A stretch of 64,000 bases of DNA from Eledone cirrhosa. Its lineage: Eukaryota. Below, piece by piece: positions 12,601-27,569 of the stretch. Each line of letters opens with the position of its first letter. Position 1 is the stretch's first letter. A model generated the notes under the pieces. It saw only the letters and a program-made list of their open reading frames with translations, ran no database searches and was not told the DNA's origin. The stretch lies in the NCBI GenBank assembly GCA_964016885.1, contig OZ024747.1:6944001-7008000 (forward strand), in the 5' to 3' direction. The translations under genes and the position numbers were made by a program.

Positions 12601-15600
12601 AATCAGGGATGGCTTGAAGTTAAACAACAACTAGCTGACCTAACAGAATATGTGATTGGTAATGAATAAAACTGTAGCCCCAGCATGGCTTTAGCCTATT
12701 GACTGGAACACAGAGGTAAAACTCCATTATAACCATTATCATTTATCTCATTTACCTGTATAAATAAGACAGCGGTCACCTAACATATCCGTACCCCACC
12801 TTCCTTATAAACAATTCCATGTAACAGAAGCAAAATTGCCAAGCTTACCTCTCAGCTGGAGCTGTGACCTCTTTATCTTCTGCATTATCATCACTCTCCA
12901 TCTCACCACTTTGTTGCTGCTTCTTCTTCTTGCTCTTCTTTAATTTCTGGATGTTGTTCAACACTTTCCTGATGCTGTCCGATGACAAGTCATAGATTTC
13001 TTTGTACCTGCAATGAAATTAGACGTACAGTTGTTGTAATGACTTGAACCTACTTTCTCAAGCAATGCAGACAGATCTAGACTCACCAACCAACTGAACC
13101 AACAGATCTAGACTCATCAACCAACTGAACTAACAGATCTAGACTCACCAACCAACTGAACCAACAGATCTAGACTCACCAACCAACTGAACTAACAGAT
13201 CTAGACTCACCAACCAACTGAACTAACAGATCTAGACTCACCAACCAACTGAACTAACAGATCTAGACTCACCAACCAACTGAACTAACAGATCTAGACT
13301 CACCAACCAACTGAACCAACAGATCTAGACTCATCAACCAACTGAACTAACAGATCTAGACTCACCAACCAACTGAACCAACAGATCTAGACTCACCAAC
13401 CAACTGAACTAACAGATCTAGACTCACCAACCAACTGAACTAACAGATCTAGACTCACCAACCAACTGAACTAACAGATCTAGACCCATCACCAAACTGA
13501 TCTAGACTCTTCACCCAACTGAACTAACTACAGAGTCAATTAGACAACACAACTACAAAATATTAATAATTAGTCTGAAAAGAAGGGACATTACCCAAAG
13601 CCTTTTGCCTGTCTGTGCCTTAGAAGATTAATGAAATGAAATTTAAAAAAGAATTTAGTCTGAAAGGAAGGGGCATTGCCTATAGCCTTTAGTGAATGTG
13701 GGCAGTGTAGAGTGGTGGTAATCCAGATCAGATGACCATGCCATGCTCAAACAGAACTGATTTCAGCTTGGTTTCTATGGCTGGATGCCCTTCCTAATGC
13801 CAACCATATTTATAGTGTGGCCTGAGTGTAATAGTTATGAGAATCTAAACATATGGCAATAGAGGTGAGTAGTTCAGCACTTTAATTAACAAAGATGTAG
13901 GCTATAGTCACATATCCAGAGATGGATTAGTAAGAACTGAAGTATTTACCCAAATCTACGTATCAGCTTGGAATAGATGACTTTTGTCTTGAAGCGGAAG
14001 TGTTGTTTGGCTCCATCCTTCATCAACACCAAGGTGGACATCTATAGGAAATAAAAGAGAAAGAATGAGAACATGCTATAATATCTTACAAACAAGTAAA
14101 CTCATTGTAAGTTGTATGAATATTCATACTCAGATATTGGTAATGTTTGAATATCTCTTGTAACATCAACTATGACAAGCTAAAGTGGTTTTACATATAG
14201 TAATATATCTTATTTAACTCTTAACATTCTCTAATGATTTAGAAGAAAATATCTAGAAACAGGTTTGTTATTACAAATGTTTATAGTATTTTTACCAGAG
14301 GACAGAATGGATGAAGATGTAAAAAATAAGAGAAGCTGATAATAACTGCTAGATCAAGGCTAACCAGGTACATAACGAGAACATCTAGTCCTATGTTTAT
14401 GGGACTTCAGCAGAATAAACAACAGTATTAAAAGCTTGTTTTAGAAATTAAGATTCTGAGCTCAACCATAACAATTAGGTGAGACAATTGACATCTCTTC
14501 CAAATATTTTAGTAGGTTTAACTGGTTTATATTTTATCAACCAATGAAAGGCACAATTAACTATGGAGGGAATGTAAATAAGTAACTAAATATCACAAAG
14601 TATCTGATGATGACGACATCTAAAATTGGTAGTCAGTTTAAAACCTAGTAATTCTAGATAAGACACATATTTCAGGGTACCATCACCTTTCTGTAATAAC
14701 TCAATCACCCTAACAACAACAAAAGTAAAATCCCTTACTATTTTTTCTAAATGAACACCCAGCTGCGTATCGGTGAAACAGCTGAGCAACACTTGCAGAT
14801 AGCTTAGTGTTGCCTTGACAATCTCATGTGTTTTTGACATGAGAAGTACACAGCAATGCTCCACAAAATTTTCAATGAGGTCTGGAGTCACATCATCTGA
14901 AAAAAAGATATTTACATGCGTGAGTGAACATGTAAACAGATTACAGTTGTGTGTATATATGTATATACATGTGCAATAAAGCGTCCTTGTATATATCGTC
15001 ACCATCACCATCAGCTTTTCCATGCCGGTGTAGCAAATATGTGCAAGAGGAAAAGCAGATGGCTAAAAACAGTTTATTAAATAACAAATAAAACAAATAA
15101 AAATCTCTTATTATTTAGACTAGGCATGTCAAACTGAGGGTCCCCCCCAGGGCCACATATGTGTTGTCTGAGGGCTACACACAACAACTAATTGCACACA
15201 TTATGACTAATTTTTTTAATTTTATATTACGATGATAAAATATCCTCGCACTGTAAAAACCTTTGTGCGGGCCGCATGTTTGACATGCCTGGGTTAGACT
15301 ACATAAAGTTAATGTAGCATTACTATACAGAAAAAATGAGGAAGTATTGATGAATGCTTGGCCAAATGATGAATATCTTGCATAAACATAATTCACTTGC
15401 ATTGAAAGGGATTGCAATAATTTATGTCTTGAAGAGAAATCAGAATGTAAGATATTGTTGGTGGGAAAGACTAGCAAAAATATGGATCAGATCGACATAG
15501 ATTTAGGAAAGATTTGGAAGATCTCTTGATGTGTTAAGGTTTTATAACCTGCTGTTACATGACCAACAAAGATTCTAGAACAGTCTAAATTAATTTAGCA

Positions 15601-15676
15601 GTTGAACCTAAATTTTTGATGTGTAATTTGACAGGTTAATGCATCCAATGAAGGGGTGGCATTCAAGATTCAAGAG

Positions 15677-15734
<58 letters not shown>

Positions 15735-17491
15735 CAATGGACAAAGTAAATTTATTTCCGAAGGTGAGGTGAACACCCTCTTTCTGTAAACTATGTCTGA
15801 ATAAAAGATGGAAAGGTTATGCCTGTAACCGTCTTGATTTTTTAAAGACAGGATGGTCATATCTAGAATACTTTAGATCACAAGTTTACTCAATTCGGGC
15901 TGACCTTGGGCTATACAACATTTTTTATCTTCTTGCACTTACCTTTGAATTCAAATATGACGCAGGATAAGGATTGCAGGGAGGCACAGATAAAAACTGG
16001 GGTTCCACCAAAACCAGCAAAGATCAGATGGAAATACTGTGTGAGGATAGCTGCAAAAGATAGAGGGTGAGTTAGTATTACCAGGGACATGTCACTGTAT
16101 ATATTTATATTAGCAATTGTCACTGTGTGAGGATAGCTGCAAAAGATAGAGAGTGAGTTAGTATTACCAGGGACATGTCACTGTATATATTTATATTAGC
16201 AATTGTCAAGACTCTAGAAAGACTAAATAGGTCCTTGCTATGGGATATTTTGATATCAAGTATGGTGAAGAGTTTAGAGTTCAGTCTTAAAAGCCGATAT
16301 GCCAAAGACCAAAGTGCTAGTTAATAACAAAGAGAACAAAACAGGGGTTCAATATAGTAGGGAGTAGAATACAATGTAGTTAGTTCATGTGGAAAACTTT
16401 TGTCAGGTTTGGTTGAAATATGAAAAGTATATGAACTTTTATAATGGCTCACCCTGAATAATACAACTACTTACTTGATCGTTCAACACCCTCACCCGCA
16501 CATCGGATCATTGTAGAAGCCATTTCTGTCAAGAGACTGTAGGCAGCTCGTCTGGCTCGGTATCCTGCTTCACGGGTACAGAGAATGGCCTATAGTAGAC
16601 AAACAGGTAGAAAACAGTTATCTAGCTGTTACAGTGGTATATCAGTGGTGTAGTATAGCTCTATAGCTACTGGCCTGCAGTAGACAAACAGTGGTACAGT
16701 ATAGCTCTATAGCTACTGGCCTGCAGTAGATAAACAGTGGTGTAGTATAGCTCTATAGCTACTGGCCTGCAGTAGATAAACAGTGGTATATTAGTGGTGT
16801 TGTATAGCTCTATAGCTACTGGCCTGCAGTAGATAAACAGTGGTGTAGTATAGCTCTATAGCTACTGGCCTGCAGTAGATAAACAGTGGTATATTAGTGG
16901 TGTTGTATAGCTCTATAGCTACTGGCCTGCAGTAGATAAACAGTGGTGTAGTATAGCTCTATAGCTACTGGCCTGCAGTAGATAAACAGTGGTATATTAG
17001 TGGTGTTGTATAGCTCTATAGCTACTAGCCTGCAGTAGATAAACAGTGGTGTAGTATAGCTCTATAGCTACTGGCCTGCAGTAGATAAACAGTGGTATAT
17101 TAGTGGTGTTGTATAGCTCTATAGTTTGGTCAGCCTGTGCAAAGTATTGGCCGGACTGTGACAATAGCAGAGGACATTTGCTCAAGGTGCTAAGCAGCTA
17201 AACTCGAAACCACATTGAAACCACACATTGTCTGTGTTTAATATTATATTATATATAGTTCTTAAGACATAAAGCTCTAAATAAATAAAGAGATCTTTTT
17301 CTTACTTCAGGGATGATTGCCTGCATAAAATCCATCTCACATTTTTCTAACTTTCTCACTACATGCAGCAGACAGCGCAAACGAGGCTAATCAAATGAAA
17401 AGAAAAAAAAAAATTACATATATATAAATATAATACATACATATATATACACACACACACAATGTGTGAGTATGAGTATATATATATATAA

Positions 17492-17526
<35 letters not shown>

Positions 17527-20500
17527 CAAACATGCACATGAATTCTCTGGAGATGGATCCCAGTAAATTTATCTGAGAACCATTGTTAGTGTTCCAAACA
17601 CCAACATTCTGGTTGTTTTATAAAACCAGTCTAAATCTATTATGTCAGAGTTTGATTGAAATATATGAAGGGGATAATCTAGTTAGAAATATAAGGAAAG
17701 GTTTAACATAAAACACTAAATTAGAAACACTTACTCCTTTTGAAGGTAAAGCTGAGGTTGAGAGAGAAGTGACCAGCAATGTCTTGATGGGGGCCAATTC
17801 TTGATTCACAAACTCCATGGAAGCGTCAGAGGAGCTCCCAAAGATCTCCTCTAAGAGACGATAACATTTCTTCTGGAGGCTATGATAAGATGCCTGAAAA
17901 AACACACATACATATTATATACAATATGATTATAATATATAGAACTGCATTTGATATGAAATATATAACAGAGAGAAAAACACAACAGAAATAAGCTATA
18001 AATGAAGATACTAAGTTTAAAAAATGTAATAATTGACAAGTAAAGTCAATGATAAAAAGGGTTCCATATACAGTTTGAATGTATCCAAGAGAAAAAAAAA
18101 TACTTTAACCCTTCCATTACTACATTTCTAATGAAATACACAGTATCCTCTCCCTGGAGAAGCTGAGTATCAGCAACAGTTTGAGAGAGACTTCAAAAGC
18201 CATGGCTACTGTCTATATAAACCCTACCACTTACACAGGCCCCACCAACATAATATAGATGTTTAACCCTTTAGCATTTAAACTAGCCGTATCTGGCCAG
18301 AACTCTCTCACCATTTCTGTTGAAACCAGCCGTAACTAGCCACTCATACTGATGTTAAGGTATTGTTCTCAAAATAAATAACATCAAAATCTCATAGATT
18401 CAATATTATGTGAGATAAAGCCTTTACCATGAAAATACAATAGTATATATAGAATAATGTAAATGCTAAAGGGTTAATGGAAATGTAGAACTTCAATAAG
18501 TTACAATAGACTTAAAATTTCCCATCTTCATAGGATTGGAAAGGTGAAACACAGTAACAGTTAGTGAAATTCTCTGCTTTTATCTGATCTTTAGATTAGA
18601 AATGTGAAGCTCTGAGTAATGATTAGTGAAGTTATCAGTTACCAATACATATAACATAACTCTACACCTGGTATTGAGAACTCTCATATCTGCTTGTATG
18701 CACAATTTTTGTATCAACAAGCATGTATGCGTGTGCATGCACACACACACACAATGCCAAATAGTATTAAAATATAGACTCCATCTCCTCTTTCCAAGAC
18801 CTTTACAGAACTACAAATAAATTTACAAGTCAGTGAAGAGAAATAACAACCAAATCTCTCTCAAATCCCAACCTACCACCTTAAAAGAAGATGTTTAAAA
18901 AGAAAAGAAGTGATCAAGTCTGGCACATCTGTGATCATAGTTTACCTTGATTAGAGCTGGCTTGGGGAATAAACAACAACAAAAACATTGCTTACCTTTA
19001 AATTTGATGATGCAAGCTGGAAGAGAGACTTCACCTGGGCAGTATTTGCTGATGATGTCATTAAAATGCAGAGATCAAGCAGAATACACCTGAAGAAACA
19101 GACAGACAAAATACAATCTCAGATAGCAATAAAGATTTCATTGTTACTATTTCAAAAAACACTTCTATAAATATATTTTTATGACTTAGTAAATGTTTTA
19201 ACCACACAGCCATGTCTGCATAGAATTGATAAGACATACCATCAGTGAAATACTAACTTCCATCTCACATACACAAGTAGATTGCTGGAATATGTAAGTA
19301 GGTAGGTAAGAAAAATTGAAAGAAAGTGTACAGTTTTGAGTTCTTGCCACAAGAACTAGCAGAGAGTTTATATGAAGTTGGGAAAAAGAAAGTTACCGCT
19401 TGACTTCATCTTTTTCTTCAATCTGAGCCAGAGATGTGTCAATATATTGTTGAATAAGCTGTAATAGGGAAATAATAAATGATTAATTAAATACAGTTAT
19501 ACTAAGTACAAAGAGGAATAAAAAATTAGCAACACAAAGCACCCAGTCTAACCTGTTAGGTGGTCATTCCAGTGCTATGATAAAAAGGACCCAGTCCACA
19601 CTCTAACATGGTTGGTGTTAGGAAAAGCTAAATCTCTTTCATATCACACCATATAGAAAAAGGAGAGAAACTATAATATAGACTATATCTAGAAGAAAAA
19701 AAATATGTTCAAAGCTGGAATGTCTTTGCACATGAATGTGCTCAATAAAGGCAACACTTAGAAAACAATCTGATATTGAACATACCTGTGTAGGGGCAAT
19801 CTGTATGTAGGCTTTTGCTGTCTCGTAGATGGTCAAACGTAATGGGTCTTTGGCATCATCAACTGAGAACTGTGTATAGAGATTAAATAGGATTGGGAGG
19901 AAGTTCTTGGCAAAGTTGGCCAGTTCTTTACGGTTTTCATCTGGAAGTATGAAACATCAAATATAAAATATACAGTTGTTTATACACAAACACATTCACA
20001 CACAAAAAAAATTATATTACTGACACTAAAATAAAAATATACAGCTACCATAGACAGACAAAAATATGCAACCAATTGTCATACATACAGAGAAATAATT
20101 ACTGCAGTTGTTACACACACATAGAGATTTATTCCCAAAATATGCATATACTCACAAAACTTTAAAAAGTATGTAGACAAATAGTATATGTATATACATA
20201 CATCCAAAAAACACAGTAAGATAAAATCTCTAGTGAGATGTATGTATACATACATAATGTGTATATACATATGTGATGATTGTCATATACATATGATTGT
20301 TATTACTTTCACATACATGTATATCATAGCAGATAAATATTGTAAAAATAACATGGCTGTATTTCATGTGTAAACATTTGGGATTTAATGATTATTTGGA
20401 ACTGATAATCAGCACTGATGGACCAAAGACACTCTCATGAGTTTTATTTTTCAACAAAGTCCTTGGAAAGAAGCAATGCAGTTATTAAAAAAAAAGAGTT

Positions 20501-23500
20501 GAAGTTAATGCACGCAAGGTTTCACAGCTCTAGCATCACTCCTTCATAGTCAGCCTACCCTCGTAGTTAATTACCGTAGAGCTCTATATAGTTAGCTAGT
20601 TACTGTACAATGTAGTTTAGGTTAGTCATTGTATAGTTAGTTAGGAAGCTCATAGTTACAAAACTAACATCTTAACCACATGGCTTTTCCTACACTTATC
20701 ATAATAGTCAATACAAATGAAAAAAAAACAAGAAAACCCTAGCATCCACTTACCATTCTCAAGGTTGGTATAGATCAGCTTACGTAGGGAAGAGAGTACA
20801 CATGATCGCAGGTGAGGTCTGTCATTGACAACACTGCCAAGTGTGCGAGCAATACTTTTGAATGACTGAAATATAAAAGAGATTGAAATATATGATGAAA
20901 GAAGTAACAATGGAACATTCTGGTTACTGACAAGCAAAATAACTAGTGCCAGAAGTGGTTATAGTGAACATAGAGTAACTAGTATATATGGACCAGTAAC
21001 CCCTGGTGGAGTTATAAGGGTGCCATATGGTGTTTCTTGGATGTTTTACACCTGGGAGAACCCATCCTTCTCCAGGTCTGAACATAGATAATTTCTTCCA
21101 GAGAAGGAGTGAGAGGGAGAATGATAGAGAGGAAGTGAGAAAGAGATATAGAGGAAGAATCAATCCCAGTTACTGGACTGACTTTCATTCTTTCAAGGTC
21201 GATAAAAAAGTACCAAAGTTGACCTTGACCTTTGACTTGCTGGGAGCAACAACAATGATAATTTCTTTATTTATTTGGTCCATTTAACAGAATAGTGTTT
21301 GCTTACTTCCAAATTCATTTCTTATATAAAGATTAAAAAAAAAACAAATACAAAAAGGTGGCAATTCTTACCGTTTTTAAGTCTGTTGGATTGTTACAGA
21401 AACTGGGCAGTAGGCTCCAGAACTGTACTACAAGAGTACTATAGGACTTAGCAGCTACAGTATTTCCTTCTGTTTCATACTGGATACCTGAAATGATACA
21501 ACAACTGACTGAAATGTCCAACCAAAAGCTCATCAACACTGTCAATCAAAAATATGGCAATGAAAGGGTTCAAACATCAACTCCAGCTCCCTATCATCTC
21601 AGTCATCACTCTCCCTAAAGCTCATCAACACTGTCAATCAAAAATATGGCAATGAAAGGGTTCAAACATCAACACCAGCTCCCTATCATCTCAGTCTTCA
21701 CTCTCCCACTCAGTATCTAAAGAAATAATTATTTCTACCTTTGGCACAAGGCCAGCAATTATCCCAGTGTATTACTGGTACTTTATTTTATCGACTCTGT
21801 AAGGATGAAAGGCAAAGTTAACCTCGGCGGGATTTGAACTCAGATCATAAAGGGACGTAATTCTATGCTTCCTAGCATGGCGTCCGACCCTCTACCGATA
21901 CTGCCAATCCACCGCCCTTATCTAAAGAAATAATAACAGGTGATGATACATACTTTTATCCTGCAGCTTCTTTGAGAGTGGCATGAAGTATGTACGGAAG
22001 AAGTCCAGCTCAGTGTTTGAAATGTATTTCTTCAAAACTGGAACCAACCAGCTGCGTGGGAAACTGAGATCACGGCTGTGGAAATGTTAATAACAGACTG
22101 TAAGTGAGGTAATTGGTGACATATTGCAGAGGGAGGATAGTGTGAGGAGGTATAGTGGGGATAGAGAAGAGGTAGAGTGGAGGTGGAGTGAAGATGGAGT
22201 AGAGGTAGAATGGATATAGAGTAGAGGTAGAATGGATTTAAAGTAGAGGAAGAGTGGATATGGAGGTAGAGTGAAAATGGAACAGGGACTGAGTGGTGGT
22301 AGAGTGGGAATAAAGTGGAGGTGGAGTGAAGGTAGGGTGGGAACAGAGTGACGATATACACAGAAGAGGTTGGAGACAGATACAATGAATACGTGGTGTA
22401 GAAAGACAAAACAGAGTAACACAGGTGGTTTTAAGAGGAACCACCTGAACAGGTAAACCTCAATGTACTTACCCATCTCCTGACACCTGTAGTGGTATGA
22501 TTTCCAACACACACTTTGGACCCATTGACTTGATACCACATCCTACAGCCTGGTCTATTTCTGATTTGAATTCAGAAGAGTCACGCATGGTGGATAAAGA
22601 GTCAAGAGTCTGGTAACATATAAAATACATTAGATATATATTGTAGAGTGGTATATAATATATTACTGTATTGTAGAGTGGTATATAATATATTACTGTG
22701 TTGTAGAGTGGTATATAATATATTACTGTGTTGTAGAGTGGTATATAATATATTACTGTGTTGTAGAGTGGTATATAAGATATTACTGTGTTGTAGAGTG
22801 GTATATAATATATTACTGTGTTGTAGAGTGGTATATAAGATATTACTGTGTTGTAGAGTGGTATATAATATATTACTGTGTTGTAGAGTGGTATATAAGA
22901 TATTACTGTGTTGTAGAGTGGTATATAATATATTACTGTGTTGTAGAGTGGTATATAAGATATTACTGTGTTGTAGAGTGGTATATAATATATTACTGTG
23001 TTGTAGAGTGGTATATAAGATATTACTGTGTTGTAGAGTGGTATATAATATATTACTGTGTTGTAGAGTGGTATATAAGATATTACTGTGTTGTAGAGTG
23101 GTATATAAGATATTACTGTGTTGTAGAGTGGTATATAAGATATTACTGTGTTGTAGAGTGGTATATAAGATATTACTGTATTGTAGAGTGGTATATAATA
23201 TATTACTGTGTTGTAGAGTGGTATATAAGATATTACTGTATTGTAGAGTGGTATATAAGATATTACTGTATTGTAGAGTGGTATATAAGATATTACTGTA
23301 TTGTAGAGTGATATATAAGATATTACTTTATTGTAGAGTGGTATATAATATATTAGTGTTGTAGAGTGGTATATAATATATTACTGTGTTGTAGAGTGGT
23401 ATATAATATATTACTGTGTTGTAGAGTGATATATAAGATATTACTGTGTTGTAGAGTGGTATATAATATATTACTGTATTGTAGAGTGGTATATAACATA

Positions 23501-26500
23501 TTACTGTGTTGTAGAGTGGTATATAAGATATTACTGTATTGTAGAGTGGTATATAAGATATTACTGTATTGTAGAGTGGTATATAAGATATTACTGTATT
23601 GTAGAGTGGTATATAAGATATTACTGTATTGTAGAGTGATATATAAGATATTACTGTGTTGTAGAGTGGTATATAAGATATTACTGTATTGTAGAGTGGT
23701 ATATAACATATTACTGTGTTGTAGAGTGGTATATAAGATATTACTGTATTGTAGAGTGGTATATAAGATATTACTGTATTGTAGAGTGGTATATAAGATA
23801 TTACTGTATTGTAGAGTGGTATATAATATATTACTGTATTGTAGAGTGGTATAGAGTAGAACTGCAGTGGTATATAAGATATCACTGTGCTGTAGAGCTG
23901 CAGTGGTATATAAGATATCACTGTGTTGTAGAGTGGTATATAATATATTACTGTATTGTAGAGTGGTATAGAGTAGAACTGTAGTTGTATATAAGATATC
24001 ACTGTGTTGTAGAGCTGCAGTGGTATATAAGATATCACTGTGTTGTAGAGTGGTATATAATATATTACTGTATTGTAGAGTGGTATAGAGTAGAACTGCA
24101 GGATATCACTGTGTTGTAGAGTGGTCCATGCAGCAGTTATTGTTATGATATAAAATAAAAGTGAACTCACAGGTTTCATTAAATCTGGATAACGACTTCC
24201 TATAACCTGACAGAGAAAGGAAAATAAACAACATTTTAATATTGTCAACATAAGGAAAAATATTGGATCATATATTATTGGAGCATGAAGGCTCTGTAGA
24301 ATTACTGTCACTTCTTTTTTTTTTACCTAACACATCTATATATATAAAACTGAGGATGTCTGTCTGTGAGTTTGAATCTCTAAAACTTGAGAAGTAACCA
24401 ACGATTTTTTAAAAACTTTACATGTGTATTACTTATGTTTCAGGGAGTGTTATGCACATAACAAATTCAACCTTTTGATTCCCTATGGCCCGCATTAGGT
24501 GAAAAACTGCGTTTTTCAGCTTTTTAGGGTTTTTTTGAGGCGTTATGTCAGACTGATTTCCTTGAAATTGTAACTATGTATTAGTCAGTCTCTTCTTCAT
24601 ACCGCGAGCAAAGAAAATCCAACTTTTTTATGGCCTAGGGCCCGCATTAGGTGAAAAACTTCATTTTTTCAGCTTTTTAGGGCTCTTTTGAGGCGTTACG
24701 TCTAGCCGATTTTCCCGATTTTCAAGGCATATTATGCACATAAAAAAAATTCATTTTCTTGATCCCATAGGGCCCGCATTGGGTGAAAAACTGCCTTTTT
24801 TCTGCTTCATTGAGGAAAATCTTAAAGATTATCCAGCCATCAGAGTATTTGGTTTATTTTCTTTACATATTGTCCAGGCATGTAGTTTTCCACAATTAGG
24901 TTTGTTGGCGGCCCGCGTTCCAAAATACCTTATTCCGTGCAACGCCGGGTACCACTGCTAGTTACATATAAATATATATAATATGCACACACACATATAT
25001 ATATGGCCGTGTAGGTAACACGGTAAAAAGCACCCGCCACATTGTAAATGTGGTTGGTGTTAGGAAGGGCATCCAGCCGTAGAAAACCTGCCATACAGTC
25101 CTATACAAGCGAGACACGGTCACCCGACTAATCTTGCCTCAAGTGCGACAATTCCCGTCTAACCCATGCTAGCGTGGAAGATAGACGTTGAATGATGATG
25201 ATGATGATACACATCAGTTTCCACTCACTAGACACTTGCCCAAGGTGCCACACAGACACCAAACCTGAAACCATATGATTGTGAAGTGAACTTTATAACT
25301 AAACGGCCATTCCTGTGCCTGTATGTATATATACCCATGCTAGCATGGAAGATGGACATTAAACAAAGATGATATAGATAGATAGATATATAAACACACA
25401 TACAAATCCACACAGCCACATGCATGTGAGTGTGTGGATTTATCAACTCTGTATTTCATGGTAGTTTGAATTGGGCATCTCACAACTTGCACATATTCAT
25501 AATCCAATACACAACACACACACAATGTACACCAATATCCAGATTTTAAGAAGAGAAATGAAACTTACTTCCAACATGATAGTCAACACAGAAATAACAT
25601 GTTTCCAGGCAATGTGGTATTGATAATTCAGTCCAATAGACACTGCTTTGATAACCTGCTCCAAGCATGGGTTGACATTCTCTTTGTCTGTAGTTGAAGA
25701 TGACTTTGCCTCGACAAGTTTTGATACACATTCTCTGAACACCTCCTGTAAATATTGAATAACAAATAAAATATGATTTACATCATGTTATTATAAAGGA
25801 GGAGGGAAGAGAGACGAGAGGAATGGAAGGAGCTAGTTGCCAGGTCATCTCTGGCACCCCAGGAGTTAGTTGCTAGGTCATCTGTGGCGCCCCCAGGAGT
25901 TAGTTGTCAGGTCATCTGTGGCGCCCCAGGAGCTAGTTGCTAGGTCATCTGTGGCGCCCCCAGGAGCTAGTTGTCAGGTCATCTGTGGCGCCCCCAGGAG
26001 CTAGTTGCCAGGTCATCTGTGGCGCCCCCAGGAGTTAGTTGTCAGGTCATCTGTGGCGCCCCAGGAGTTAGTTGCCAGGTCATCTGTGGCGCCCCCAGGA
26101 GCTAGTTGCCAGGTCATCTGTGGCGCCCCCAGGAGCTAGTTGCCAGGTCATCTGTGGCGCCCCCAGAAGCTAGTTGTCAGGTCATCTGTGGCGCCCCAGG
26201 AGCTAGTTGCCAGGTCATCTGTGGCGCCCCAGGAGCTAGTTGCCAGGTCATCTGTGGCGCCCCCAGGAGCTAGTTGCCAGGTCATCTGTGGCGCCCCCAG
26301 AAGCTAGTTGCTAGGTCATTTGTGGCGCCCCAGGAGCTAGTTGTCAGGTCATCTGTGGCGCCCCAGGAGTTAGTTGCCAGGTCATCTGTGGCGCCCCCAG
26401 GAGCTAGTTGCTAGGTCATCTGTGGCGCCCCCAGGAGCTAGTTGTCATGACTGAATAAGTTGCTTTGCAATCACAAGAACCCTCTTTGTGGTTTGACTGA

Positions 26501-27531
26501 CAATGCATGGGACCTTGGGCGTCTTCTACCATAGCCTTGAGGCAACCTGTGCCTTGTAAGTGAAATTGGTAGATGAAAACTGTACCCCACCCCTTTTTTT
26601 AATGGCTTGGAGAAAGAAGCTGAACTTATGGCCTTATCCAGACAGTGAATGTACTGTGTTTATAACTCAAAGGGTCAACCATATCATATTGCTTGAAGAA
26701 CATATAAGGGGTTACATGTGTCTGTGAAATTGTGGAATATTCAGCGATTTTCATTATAATTCTTTTACAGATGGATGTCTGTTATATTTTCTTGCTAACT
26801 AATCAGCCAAAAGTAGGAATGAAAGCATGTTTTAGCAAGATAAACAGTTGTGTTTGGGGGTGAGCCAGTGGCGAGGATGTTAGCAGCACTATACAACTGT
26901 AGCTTAATTTGACCCCTTCACATAATCACAATGGCTCAACTACTGAGCCTCTTTTCAATGTTTCTTCTGTATCCTTCAGAGAAAATATTACAATAATTTA
27001 CCCTAATGTATGCTATACTTTGGCCTCTGTCAGCCTTTAGAAAGAGAAAATACTTAACAACAGCCATAGAAAGCTGGAAGAAAGAAGAAACAACCTCAAG
27101 TGTAGTTACCATTAAAATATTAGCTGCAGTCTGTTGCACTTCTGGGTTTTCCACCAGGAGGTACTTCATAGATGTTGTGACCAATTTAGGAAGATGGTTT
27201 TGACCCAACTCGATGTCTTGACTGCAAATATTTAAAATAAAAGAAAGATCAGTAATAACAACAACATGGATTTTTCACATAAACAAAAAAGTTTTCAGTT
27301 TTCAGTGCAGGATCAAATGTAAGCAAGATGCAGGCTCCAAGCCCATCTAAGAGGTCAGTAGCTCCAGTTGAATATTGACTTGAGCTGTGAGGAAATCTGG
27401 ATGATAATTTAACTATTTACTTACTTGCAGAGATTAACAATAGACTTCCCCATAACAGTCAACCAAGCACAAGATGGCTGAGTATCTGTCATTAATGGTT
27501 GGTAATCATATAGAGCCTGAAGGAAAATAAT

Positions 27532-27569
<38 letters not shown>

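Noticed and set aside
22648-24311. Long ORFs of 118-327 aa
   Set aside because: Translations of the 30-bp minisatellite; only 24171-24206 is a real exon.
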